Numbered from the stretch's first letter, positions 37,823 to 46,645 are shown. The stretch: 64,000 nt of DNA from a virus (IMGVR_UViG_3300027710_001079:833-64832), one strand, 5' to 3'. The notes: generated by a model from the letters alone, not told the origin. Numbers and translations: made by a program.

Positions 37823-38294
37823 TTTCTTTTTTACTTAGAGTAGTGAGCATCTGTTTCATTTCGACTTCGGTCTTAAAAGGTCCATGAAATGGATATCGAT
37901 CTAATGTAATTAGCTTAGGACAAAAACTTTTAACCCAACCTTTGCGGAATTTAATTACATAGTAACCTGCACAATATTGACTTTTGCTTTTTGTACTCTT
38001 AGCATAGATAGGCAATCTTTTCCTAATGTCGTACACTGATCCAAACGGTTTTGATCCGCATGGAAAATCATAAACTGCATATTCTTTAGTTTCGGATTTT
38101 ACAGATTTAACAACATCAAAAAATACAACGCCTAGTTTTTCTTTAACATCTTTTACGGTACCTATGGCAATTTTATTGCCGTTCTTTAAAATAGAGTACG
38201 AGCTACGTTCTTTATTCAAAGTACCTACTTTTTTACCGTCTCTTTCTAATAGCCAACTTTTGTTAGGTATCAAAGGTTTTGCAATAGTTGTCAT
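37809..38294 (-). CDS. hypothetical phage protein (start re-assigned to MTTIAKP)
   Basis: The ORF-track start at 38399 overlaps RNase H; the ATG at 38294 follows the RNase H stop. Confidence 0.7.
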   Translation of the reverse strand: MTTIAKPLIPNKSWLLERDGKKVGTLNKERSSYSILKNGNKIAIGTVKDVKEKLGVVFFDVVKSVKSETKEYAVYDFPCGSKPFGSVYDIRKRLPIYAKSTKSKSQYCAGYYVIKFRKGWVKSFCPKLITLDRYPFHGPFKTEVEMKQMLTTLSKKENETN

Positions 38295-38313
38295 TTTATC
38301 TTTCCAATTGTTA

Positions 38314-39312
38314 TTATGCTGATACTTTGTATCTCGCATTAAAGGGCTCTGCGTAACTCTGTGCTTGATCTGTGATTTTTTGCAGATCGTAAGTTGCACA
38401 AAATTTCATAAGTCTGATGCCAACTTGCGGCACATTTTTTTCTGCGGTAATTGCTGTGTTGATAGTTTCGGTAATAAGATTACGAATTTCTTGAGGTTGC
38501 TCAGTTAAGTCACACAGTAGACGATTTCGATTATAGTCATCTAGCACTTTATGCTCAACGCCTTCGTGATCAACCCACTTCTGGAGCATGAGATTGTTCC
38601 AAGAATATCCTTTAGAATTTCGATCAGCAAATGCTTCACGAAGTCCTACTTTGTTCTTTGTGCCTTTTTCACGCACACCTGGATATGCACTAAAGATATT
38701 ATCGCTAGTATCGCCACGCATACATTTCTCGAACAATAGCCATTCTGGATCAGGTTCGGGTTTTACAAGTCCAGTTTTCTTGTCTTTAACTCGTTTGCCC
38801 TTCTCGTCAAAATACCCCTCATGTGTAGTAGTAACTTGACTGACACCGTTATATTGTTTGACATTGGGTGCAACCAATTGTGCGAAATCTCCATCTGTCG
38901 AAATGATAATATGTTGGTCCTCGGGATGTGCCTGAATAAATCCTGCAATAAGATCATCTGCTTCTAGACGAGGATGTTGCAAAACAGTACAGTTAGTCTT
39001 CTCTGTAATAAAGTCTTTAAACTGATCAAATGTTTCCCAAAATACACGGTCTTCTTCAGCTTCTCGTGGACTCTGTGCCGCACGAGCTTCTGTACGTTGA
39101 CGCTTGTAAGGTGCATAAAAATCCTTACGCCAGCTACGCCCCTCGAGGTGAAAGATAACATGGTCACCTTTAAAATCACGCCACGCTTTGCGTACACTGC
39201 TAAGAATTGTATGAAGACTCATACCTACTTTATCTTCAAGTCCACCACGCACTACGTGACGAGCTCGGAAGAATGTATTAGCAGTATCGACGTGAATAAA
39301 TGTTTGTGCCAT
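38314..39312 (-). CDS. rnh: RNase H / 5'-3' exonuclease (T4 rnh-like, FEN family)
   Basis: HVDTANTFFRA, SWRKDFYAPYK, LEADDLIA, ISTDGDFAQL, RGDTSDNI, NRLLCDL. Confidence 0.88.
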   Translation of the reverse strand: MAQTFIHVDTANTFFRARHVVRGGLEDKVGMSLHTILSSVRKAWRDFKGDHVIFHLEGRSWRKDFYAPYKRQRTEARAAQSPREAEEDRVFWETFDQFKDFITEKTNCTVLQHPRLEADDLIAGFIQAHPEDQHIIISTDGDFAQLVAPNVKQYNGVSQVTTTHEGYFDEKGKRVKDKKTGLVKPEPDPEWLLFEKCMRGDTSDNIFSAYPGVREKGTKNKVGLREAFADRNSKGYSWNNLMLQKWVDHEGVEHKVLDDYNRNRLLCDLTEQPQEIRNLITETINTAITAEKNVPQVGIRLMKFCATYDLQKITDQAQSYAEPFNARYKVSA

Positions 39313-39758
39313 TAACTGACCTCTACTTTCCCATTACCTAAATTGTTTACGTTTACAAAGCCACTGCCTCTACGTTCCATATCTACACCTTCCTCGGCAC
39401 CAACGCCTCTGCAAAGCTCTTGGAACCATTTATCCACAATGGCCTCATCTGACTCGCCAGTATAACCAGCGGATCTTAATTGTAACACAAAATACTCATT
39501 CCAGTCAAGTTCAAAGAATCCGTTACGCACATTTTCTTTATTAACATGAGTATCTAGTACAGCTACCCAGGGCTCTTTCTTTTCATTTGCTATTTCTTTT
39601 GGGCTAAGTTTTGATAACCGTTCTAATTCTCTAGCACGTTCTGCCTGTGCCGCCGCCTCTTTGGCAATTTGCGTAGAGCGTTCTGCATCCTCTACAGCAC
39701 GTCTAGTTTCGGCTTCAATTTTGTCAATGCCAAATATTTTTTTAATAAAACTGTTCAT
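39312..39758 (-). CDS. hypothetical phage protein
   Basis: The ATG at 39758 overlaps the queE stop (TAATG); coiled-coil followed by GFFELDWN. Confidence 0.7.
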   Translation of the reverse strand: MNSFIKKIFGIDKIEAETRRAVEDAERSTQIAKEAAAQAERARELERLSKLSPKEIANEKKEPWVAVLDTHVNKENVRNGFFELDWNEYFVLQLRSAGYTGESDEAIVDKWFQELCRGVGAEEGVDMERRGSGFVNVNNLGNGKVEVS

Positions 39759-40600
39759 TAAGTTCCCCACTCATTTTTAAATAACGGCACTTGCAATCTG
39801 TCACTGTAGCGTAGACCTGCGTTCATTGCCATAATAGCTACTGCTCGATTGTTTAGTGCGTAAACACTTTCAACACCACCTACTGGCATTAGATAAACAT
39901 GTCCTTTAAATCCTGCGGCACGATATTCTTCAGTAGCACGTTTAGCATCAGCAAAGTCTTGTTCTGTTGCAATAACAAACTTCAAATAAACTGTACCGTA
40001 GTTTTCATAGTCACAAACTACTTCTGGCTTAATAGCATCTGCCCACGGCTCACCGCTACATGGAAGTTTAGCACTTACGCTGAAAGTAATTTCTCTCTCG
40101 TCGCTACCGAACGCCCAGTCTTTTAAATATTCTTTAAATGCTGTAGTAAGACGCATAGTACCGTTGGTCTCAAAAGTAATTTCTTTTAGACCTGCCATCT
40201 TAGAATGTGATAACAAATCTGGATATTGTTTCTGCCATCCTAGCAATGGCTCACCGCCTGTAATTACAAGATGTTCGTCCCGCCATTCTTTGTGCGGTAA
40301 CGAATCAACAATAGCATCGGCAATTGAATCAGTAGAAAGAAGGGGAGATAGATGCTTAAAGCGAGGATCCCAACTAGCGTAACTGTCACAACCTGTACTA
40401 ACCAAAGGTAGCGATTTGTACTCGGTGTAAAGAGTTGGGTCAATATTTTCTGCTTCATTGCTAAGTTCTCCTCGTGGCATGCCAAAGCCTTGACATTTAA
40501 AGTTACATCCAAATGTACGCAAGAAAACGGAAGGTACTCCCATGTACCGTCCTTCACCTTGGATACTGTAAAAAAGTTCTGCGATTTTAATCTTACTCAT
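39758..40600 (-). CDS. queE: 7-carboxy-7-deazaguanine synthase (radical SAM)
   Basis: ELFYSIQGEGRYMGVPSVFLRTFGCNFKC...GCDS, VITGGEPLL, FETNGT, SVSAKL, LKFVI, YLMP, RLQV. Confidence 0.9.
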   Translation of the reverse strand: MSKIKIAELFYSIQGEGRYMGVPSVFLRTFGCNFKCQGFGMPRGELSNEAENIDPTLYTEYKSLPLVSTGCDSYASWDPRFKHLSPLLSTDSIADAIVDSLPHKEWRDEHLVITGGEPLLGWQKQYPDLLSHSKMAGLKEITFETNGTMRLTTAFKEYLKDWAFGSDEREITFSVSAKLPCSGEPWADAIKPEVVCDYENYGTVYLKFVIATEQDFADAKRATEEYRAAGFKGHVYLMPVGGVESVYALNNRAVAIMAMNAGLRYSDRLQVPLFKNEWGT

Positions 40601-40865
40601 AAATTCCTGACCATTGTTTTAATTTTTCAATCTTAGCCTGCTTGGCAGTATTAAGACCTTCTTCTGTTATAATATCATAAGATTTTAACAGATCTATCAT
40701 AGCAAGTACATCCCCAATCTCACCTTCTAGGTGCTGTGCATTAGTTAACGGCTTACCGGGTTTAAAATTGTTTAAACCAAATCGATGACATTTACTAACT
40801 GCCTGAATTACTTCTGCACATTCTTCACTGAGAATGTTCATTACTTCGTGTAACTTATTATCCAT
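40593..40865 (-). CDS. MazG-like nucleotide pyrophosphohydrolase
   Basis: EECAEVIQAVSK...LEGEIGDVLAMI gives the ExxE...ExxD all-alpha NTP-PPase pattern. Confidence 0.75.
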   Translation of the reverse strand: MDNKLHEVMNILSEECAEVIQAVSKCHRFGLNNFKPGKPLTNAQHLEGEIGDVLAMIDLLKSYDIITEEGLNTAKQAKIEKLKQWSGIYE

Positions 40866-41319
40866 TATTTGCTCTTTCTGTTAGGTAAACATCATTGTGT
40901 ACCCATTTATTGTTTACTAGGAAACCCCATTCTCTACGCTGTGGACCAGGCATGAACATTGTCCAGCAGTCCGTTCCTGCTTTAAGCTCAACACGGTGAT
41001 AGCTATTAGCAGGGCAAATACGGAAGTGCCCAGGACCACGCCAATGCCGTGTTTCACTGATCTTGGCACCTTGTGAATCAAAGTTAGGAGTCCATTCATA
41101 ATAACCACCTTTAAGTATTAGAGTAGCGTAAGGCCATGGATGATCATGCACATCATCGGGATCTGATTTAAGGAACTTATGAAGAAAGATATTAAAGGGG
41201 AAGTGCTTTCTATCTTTAAGAAATAAGTAATAGCGTTCGAGATACGGTTCATTTTCTTGCCTATCCATTACGATACGTTTACGACCAACTTGTTCTAAAA
41301 AGTTTAGGAACCATTTCAT
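40858..41319 (-). CDS. cupin-fold protein
   Basis: LHKF..SD.DDVHDHPW...ILKGGYYE...HRVEL (HxH..E..H). Start re-assigned to MKWFL. Confidence 0.65.
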   Translation of the reverse strand: MKWFLNFLEQVGRKRIVMDRQENEPYLERYYLFLKDRKHFPFNIFLHKFLKSDPDDVHDHPWPYATLILKGGYYEWTPNFDSQGAKISETRHWRGPGHFRICPANSYHRVELKAGTDCWTMFMPGPQRREWGFLVNNKWVHNDVYLTERANNG

Positions 41320-41531
41320 TTGCAATTCTCCAGCCAACTGTCAAATCGTTGTACGGCTTCTTCGAAGTCGATAGCCCAGACTTTTGCATAGATGATATTT
41401 TCTTTAATCTCCATATCAAATGGAATAGTACCATTGAAACGAAAATCTTCTGGAACATCTGTAGTAACTACAAATTCGTTAAGATGCTTTGCACGATTAA
41501 TCAAGTTATGCATCATATCAACTGAGTTCAT
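41316..41531 (-). CDS. hypothetical phage protein
   Basis: 71-aa ORF with 4-nt overlaps on both sides. Confidence 0.65.
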   Translation of the reverse strand: MNSVDMMHNLINRAKHLNEFVVTTDVPEDFRFNGTIPFDMEIKENIIYAKVWAIDFEEAVQRFDSWLENCK

Positions 41532-42031
41532 GTTGCCTCCGGGTCTGGAAATGATTCACTAAAGGGCCAAGACGTCTTTGGATTCGGCCTTGGCTTTAGT
41601 TTAATATTTTCTTCAATTACTGTACCATCATCTTCACACAAGTCTATTTGATAAGGTGCAATAACATGTACAGCAGTATCTTCTTCTTGCCAATCATGTT
41701 CACCGTCAAACAACCAGCCTGCTCCACCTTCGTAGTAGAGTTCTTTAAGTTCTTGCTGTTCTAATTCTGTAATGTCATCACTGAATTCCCATTCGATACT
41801 ACAGCTATCGTCAAACTCGCAACCCCAACCGCAGTCAGCTCTGGCATAAGCAACATTGTCACCTTCCCACGGAAGATTACAATCTAGGTCGCCTTCAACA
41901 AAACCTTGTCCCCAGCGATATGTTTCGTCAATATTAAACCAGCTGATACTACCGTCAGCATTTTCTCGAAACATTTCTACATGCCATACAATGCTTTTCT
42001 TTTCAAGAGGTTTAATTAAGTATACTGACAT
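41528..42031 (-). CDS. hypothetical acidic phage protein
   Basis: 167-aa very Asp/Glu/Trp-rich ORF in the operon. Confidence 0.7.
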   Translation of the reverse strand: MSVYLIKPLEKKSIVWHVEMFRENADGSISWFNIDETYRWGQGFVEGDLDCNLPWEGDNVAYARADCGWGCEFDDSCSIEWEFSDDITELEQQELKELYYEGGAGWLFDGEHDWQEEDTAVHVIAPYQIDLCEDDGTVIEENIKLKPRPNPKTSWPFSESFPDPEAT

Positions 42032-42032
42032 A

Positions 42033-42224
42033 TTAGTTGTCTAATTCCATAGAGTTGTATTCTTTAACTACATCGAGAACTTCTTCTTCTGTGTTACATA
42101 CAATCTTACTGTTCTTCCATTCGTTGTCGCTATCACGACCGCCGACTTCTACCATCCAACCGTTATCATAACGATTGATAGTAATTGACTCATTTACTTT
42201 TGCGAGTTTTTTTAATTTTGACAT
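42033..42224 (-). CDS. hypothetical phage protein
   Basis: 63-aa ORF, operon packing. Confidence 0.65.
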   Translation of the reverse strand: MSKLKKLAKVNESITINRYDNGWMVEVGGRDSDNEWKNSKIVCNTEEEVLDVVKEYNSMELDN

Positions 42225-42459
42225 CTGGATCTCCTTGTGTTGTTTCTACTGGAATAGTACTTTCCGCTTTTAGTATAGCAGCTCTGACGTCTCTTGTCAA
42301 TGCTTCGTCGTCCCATTCTAATTCAGTGCGACCATCCGGGTAAGTAGTCACTGTTAAATGACTGCCTTTTTCTACTTTTGGCAGAACAATTTTAGCAGAA
42401 CCTATTGTTCCGGGCATTTCCAAAACTGTACTATCTGATTTCTTTTTACGTGTTGCCAT
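42190..42459 (-). CDS. hypothetical phage protein
   Basis: ATG at 42459 with GGAG RBS. Confidence 0.6.
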   Translation of the reverse strand: MATRKKKSDSTVLEMPGTIGSAKIVLPKVEKGSHLTVTTYPDGRTELEWDDEALTRDVRAAILKAESTIPVETTQGDPDVKIKKTRKSK

Positions 42460-42463
42460 AGTA

Positions 42464-42667
42464 TTATTCTCCAAAATAACTGTTCATTATTTCTAGCTTG
42501 TCTTGATACTCTGCCATTAGTGCAACTTCCTTTTCAATAGCATCCATTAGATCTGTGTGATCATGGATAGCAGTAGGATTACTAAGCATAATATCCACAT
42601 TCATTTTATGCTTTAGAATGTGTGCTTCAAAGTGTTGTTTTAATACGCTGATAATTTCTTGTCTCAT
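42464..42667 (-). CDS. hypothetical phage protein
   Basis: 67-aa ORF coupled to the folE stop (ATGA). Confidence 0.65.
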   Translation of the reverse strand: MRQEIISVLKQHFEAHILKHKMNVDIMLSNPTAIHDHTDLMDAIEKEVALMAEYQDKLEIMNSYFGE

Positions 42668-43362
42668 CTTGGGGCAAAGTCCTGTTGTAATTTAATGTTA
42701 TCAAAGAATTCCTTCTTTGTGCTTTGATCGTCTTTAAACGCACCTTTTAGTACTGTGGTTTGTGTAAGACTTGAATGTGCCATGATGCCGCGATTCTCAC
42801 AGCAACCATGTACTGCCTGAATATAAACGCCTACATCCTTGGCGTCTGTAGCCTTCATGATTTCTTTGGCAATATCATTAGCAAGCTCCTCCTGGAGAGT
42901 ACCACGTCGGGCACACCATTGAGCGATGCGTGTATATTTTGAGAGGCCAATGAGTTTCTCGGCAGCAATAATACCAATATAGGCAACGCCACTAACAGGT
43001 TGGTGATGATGACTGCACATACTGCGAAGCTCACTGCGAACAACCAACATACCTTCGTAGCGGTCCTCCGAATCATTTGGAAATGCTGTTGCGTCTGGTG
43101 CTGGGTCATATCTACCTGCCATTATTTCGTGGAAGTACATTTTGGCAAGTCTTCTTGCGGTACCTTTTGAGTTGGGATCATTTTCGCGATCAATTAGCAA
43201 TGTGTCTAGCACTTGTTCAAATGCTTGTGTTGCTTCGTCGATTAGTTCGGGCAAAACATTAGTATCAACATACTCGCTGATGTTGTCTCCTGCCCAGAAA
43301 CGTTTGTTGTCGCTTCGCATTCTATTACGAATTACTTGCGACAGATTTTTACTTGTATCCAT
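42664..43362 (-). CDS. folE: GTP cyclohydrolase I
   Basis: TARRLAKMY, SMCSHHHQP, IGLSKYTRI, RRGTLQEEL, HGCCENRG, EFF. Confidence 0.95.
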   Translation of the reverse strand: MDTSKNLSQVIRNRMRSDNKRFWAGDNISEYVDTNVLPELIDEATQAFEQVLDTLLIDRENDPNSKGTARRLAKMYFHEIMAGRYDPAPDATAFPNDSEDRYEGMLVVRSELRSMCSHHHQPVSGVAYIGIIAAEKLIGLSKYTRIAQWCARRGTLQEELANDIAKEIMKATDAKDVGVYIQAVHGCCENRGIMAHSSLTQTTVLKGAFKDDQSTKKEFFDNIKLQQDFAPR

Positions 43363-43402
43363 TGTGATTTCTCCGAGTTATTGTCGTGGATGACTTCTAT
43401 AC

Positions 43403-43432
43403 ATTGTAACTTTATTTAGGCAGGTCAGTCAA
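43403..43432 (-). promoter_or_regulatory. sigma70-type promoter with embedded TAAATA upstream of folE
   Basis: TTGACT-18 nt-TACAAT; TAAATA at 43413-43418 lies in the spacer. Confidence 0.55.
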
Positions 43433-44227
43433 CCGTAGTAGCAAATTTTTCTGCACAGCTGATGATAGCACATTTAGATTAACATTATATTCTTTGGCAT
43501 AGTTTATTAAAGCTTCTGTATCTTTTGGAAAGCAGTACCCGCCAAATCCTAAAGAGCCATCTATACCTGGAACACGCATATGACTTTCACCGATGCGTTC
43601 GTCTTGCTTAATTAGATTAACAACTACATCGTAATTTAATTCAGCCATTCTTGCTAATTGATAAAGCTCATTCATGAACACTACCTTAGTAGCCAGGAAG
43701 CTATTAATAGCATATTTGGCCAAGGCAGCATCACCTATACTACAGAATTTAACTGTCTCTAAACAAGGCTGTGTCATTTTAATAATGCGTTCAGCTTCGT
43801 TTCGATATGCCCGAACATCGCCGCCGATAATGCACCACTTTGCATTGGCATAATCTCTACTAGCATTTGCTGCTGTTAAAAATTCTGGACTGTGTACTAG
43901 ATTAGGGTAGATTTTATTGAGACTCTGATATACATTTGGTGGTGCAGTTACTTTAGAAATAATAACGCCTCGAAAGTCTTTTAGTTTTTCTAGTACGCTT
44001 TCTAGTATACTAGTGTCACAACTCCCGTCGTCTTTCATTGGACTTGGAACACATATAAAGATGCCTTCGCATGCCATTAGATCTGTGTAAGTTCCGACAT
44101 GTCCTTTACGAACATCGGAATCTACACATACAACATTATCGGATGTAAATTCAGTAGAAGCACGAATAGCCTCTCCAACAAACCCTAAACCAACAATTCC
44201 TACCCTGGGATAAAAAGAATCATTCAT
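43412..44227 (-). CDS. UDP-glucose/GDP-mannose 6-dehydrogenase family protein (short form)
   Basis: GIVGLGFVG, FICVPSP, SPEFL, KYAINSFLATKVVFMNE, DERIG, GFGGYCFPKD. Confidence 0.9.
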   Translation of the reverse strand: MNDSFYPRVGIVGLGFVGEAIRASTEFTSDNVVCVDSDVRKGHVGTYTDLMACEGIFICVPSPMKDDGSCDTSILESVLEKLKDFRGVIISKVTAPPNVYQSLNKIYPNLVHSPEFLTAANASRDYANAKWCIIGGDVRAYRNEAERIIKMTQPCLETVKFCSIGDAALAKYAINSFLATKVVFMNELYQLARMAELNYDVVVNLIKQDERIGESHMRVPGIDGSLGFGGYCFPKDTEALINYAKEYNVNLNVLSSAVQKNLLLRLTDLPK

Positions 44228-45297
44228 TTAATATTTTCCAACAAGGTACTAGCACTAAAGAAATGTTCAGTTAAATCAGTTGCTTGTTTACGCACTTGAA
44301 ATTTAAACTGTTCGTAGTTGTTAATATACTGAATAATTTTGTAGCATAGTGCATGTCGATTTGCCTCGTATGCCTTGTAACTGTCAGTCCATTCGCTAGG
44401 ATATTTAAACATGTCGTAATACATTTCAGTATATGACAATCTATCCGGAACCATTGGAATAGCATCTACAATAGCACCTTCGTAACAGCTAATGCCTAGT
44501 GTTTCTTGTAGATTGGCACTAAACACTAACTTTGCCTCGCCTAACAAATTATGATATTCATTCTTTGTCAGTTGTTGATCTTGACACACAACAAATTCAT
44601 ATTGCGGCAAGTGTTTAGCTAAGTCACGGAAAATTTCAACCTGCTTTTCAGGAGCAATACGGTGTGGAAACAAAATAAGATCACGCTTGGGCATGTTCTT
44701 ATACATTGTTAGTGTTGAGTCCATATATTCCATAGGCCAACCTGAACGTACAATTTTGTTAGACCGTACAGCACGGAAATGTTCTGTTGGACCGTCAGTG
44801 CCAAACAAATTCTTAACGAACATGTCAATATGAAATTGTGTAGCAAAGTAGTTGTGATCAAATGCGTGATAGAAACTCTTCTCAGCGTGTCTAACCCAAG
44901 GCTTATCACCTACAAGACGTCCTAGAAAGTCTTGAGGGTCATAACTGCCAGCATGCCATAAGCCGTGTGTAGTTACTGGAATACCCAGCAACTCGCTCAT
45001 GTACTTGAGATTGATGATACCAGGGTGCCAAGCATCAGTAAATACAAAATGATCACCTGGGCGAACGGCTCCGTTGCAAAATAGCCGGCCCATCTGCTCA
45101 ACTTGACTAGCCTTGTATATATTGGTGCCGCCAAAGTTGAGAAACGCTCCAGGAGTGGTAGCACTAGGAATATCCGTAGGACCTGATATAATGTTGACAT
45201 TGTGTCCTGCCTTTCGTAAGAGGGCAGGTACATGGGACTTCCATTGTCCCGTGTACCTTGTCTCTACTGATTCTAAATCAACGAGAAAAACTGTCAT
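44224..45297 (-). CDS. GT-B glycosyltransferase, GTDC1/QTMAN-like
   Basis: LILFPHRIAPEKQ and VFSANLQETLGISCYEG...PMVPDRLSYTEMY (E-x7-E GT4-type motif). Start re-assigned to MTVFLVDLE at 45297. Confidence 0.75.
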   Translation of the reverse strand: MTVFLVDLESVETRYTGQWKSHVPALLRKAGHNVNIISGPTDIPSATTPGAFLNFGGTNIYKASQVEQMGRLFCNGAVRPGDHFVFTDAWHPGIINLKYMSELLGIPVTTHGLWHAGSYDPQDFLGRLVGDKPWVRHAEKSFYHAFDHNYFATQFHIDMFVKNLFGTDGPTEHFRAVRSNKIVRSGWPMEYMDSTLTMYKNMPKRDLILFPHRIAPEKQVEIFRDLAKHLPQYEFVVCQDQQLTKNEYHNLLGEAKLVFSANLQETLGISCYEGAIVDAIPMVPDRLSYTEMYYDMFKYPSEWTDSYKAYEANRHALCYKIIQYINNYEQFKFQVRKQATDLTEHFFSASTLLENIK

Positions 45298-45532
45298 TTC
45301 TGTTGTATTGTGGACGAGGGTTTTTGCCCTTGTACTCAGTACGAGGTCGACGTTCGCCACCGCTGTTCCAACGTTGATAATTCTTGTATTCTGGAGAACG
45401 ATACAAGTCTGCTGGATTAAAATCCAATAAGTTGAAACGGCAATAATCGAGCCACTTATCGAGATCATCAAAGATCTTCTCAACTTCAGGTTTCATGAAC
45501 AGGGTTTTTTGAATGTAGTTTGGCTGTGCCAT
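45278..45532 (-). CDS. hypothetical phage protein
   Basis: 84-aa ORF with AGG RBS between the T-fold gene and the glycosyltransferase. Confidence 0.65.
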   Translation of the reverse strand: MAQPNYIQKTLFMKPEVEKIFDDLDKWLDYCRFNLLDFNPADLYRSPEYKNYQRWNSGGERRPRTEYKGKNPRPQYNRNDSFSR

Positions 45533-45547
45533 TTTTGTAATACCTAA

Positions 45548-45931
45548 TTAAAGGGTTGAAGGAAATTTAATGAAGCAGCCGTTCTCGCCGTCTTCACTTA
45601 CATCAATCCAAATCTCGCGACCTGGATATCTTGCAGAAATGGTTCCGTGGAGATCACGGCTTATCATTTCGCAGGATTTGTGGTTGAGTTCGAGTGTGCC
45701 ATCTGTGTAGCAGTGCTCTAACCAACGCTTAAACTGAATAAACTCAATATCACGATCATCGTGAAAAACTTGAATATAGATTTTAAAATGGAAAATATGA
45801 CGGTGCGGAGTACCAAGGAAACTGACATCATACATGTCTCCTGTTTTAAGTTTAGGGTCTGTAGCCGCCGCTGGATACATATGAACACCTTCCTTGCGAA
45901 AGGTTACCCAAATCATGTTAAGATCAGTCAT
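45548..45931 (-). CDS. QueD-like T-fold protein (LxxxHRHxF motif; DpdL/CDG-decarboxylase-like or atypical QueD)
   Basis: EGVHMYP, FLGTPHRHIFHF, DIEF, SCEMI, VSEDGENG. It lacks the canonical QueD CxxxHGH. Confidence 0.7.
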   Translation of the reverse strand: MTDLNMIWVTFRKEGVHMYPAAATDPKLKTGDMYDVSFLGTPHRHIFHFKIYIQVFHDDRDIEFIQFKRWLEHCYTDGTLELNHKSCEMISRDLHGTISARYPGREIWIDVSEDGENGCFIKFPSTL

Positions 45932-46130
45932 TAACTAGATCCTTTGCAAGAGATTTAATCTCTGAATCAGTTAGGAAAAATTGATAGTTTGAAGTAAAGT
46001 CAACTTCTCCGTCTTTGTTAAAACATTCCTGAATAAACTGTACATGATTCAAGTCAGTTGGAGTAAGGCATTTCTTTGACGTAACACGGAGCCTAAACGC
46101 TTTATTTTCTTTTACTGTAAATTCTTTCAT
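45924..46130 (-). CDS. hypothetical phage protein
   Basis: 68-aa ORF overlapping both neighbours. Confidence 0.6.
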   Translation of the reverse strand: MKEFTVKENKAFRLRVTSKKCLTPTDLNHVQFIQECFNKDGEVDFTSNYQFFLTDSEIKSLAKDLVND

Positions 46131-46645
46131 TTTGCTATCTCGTCCTCTTTATATTGATCCCAATCGGTAAACTTATTACTATCCAACAAATCGTGCAATC
46201 TATGTGTCCAAACACCTGCATTAGTTGCTTCGAAATCTTTGTCGTCTAGCTTTATTGTAGCATTATAATTGAACTGTGTCAAGTAGGGTAACTTAACAGA
46301 AATCATCGAAATGAATTTTCTTTGCTCATTTAATCCTGTTTCCAAAATATCTTCTGCGTACTTGCAATCAAAATCCAAAGTACACCAAAAATCTTGTTTT
46401 AGAAGAGCCATAATCATTAGCTTCCAATTTTCGAGATCTTCTGTGCTTCTTGGTTTGAAACTTTGATTTGCACCAAAGTAAACATGCTTGACTTTTTCTT
46501 GTTTAGCAAGTAGTAAAACTTCGGCTGGATTTTGAACACCTGTTACAAACAGAGTGTCCATTCCGTATGCCGCAGTATGCTCAATTTCTTTACCAGTAAA
46601 GAAAATTACTTGATCACTAGTACCTGTTGCATAATCACGATTCAT
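46127..46645 (-). CDS. hypothetical protein in the deazaguanine cluster
   Basis: 172-aa ORF overlapping the DpdA-like gene; FFTGKEIEHT..TLFV..HVYFGANQSF. Confidence 0.7.
   Translation of the reverse strand: MNRDYATGTSDQVIFFTGKEIEHTAAYGMDTLFVTGVQNPAEVLLLAKQEKVKHVYFGANQSFKPRSTEDLENWKLMIMALLKQDFWCTLDFDCKYAEDILETGLNEQRKFISMISVKLPYLTQFNYNATIKLDDKDFEATNAGVWTHRLHDLLDSNKFTDWDQYKEDEIAK

Noticed and set aside
43363-43402. Possible preQ1 riboswitch in the folE leader
   Set aside because: Only a 3-bp GTC/GAC stem, with no preQ1 P1 stem plus A-rich tail pattern.
45298-45483. N-terminal 62 aa of the 419-aa glycosyltransferase ORF
   Set aside because: It overlaps the 84-aa gene in another frame; the ATG at 45297 is the more plausible start.
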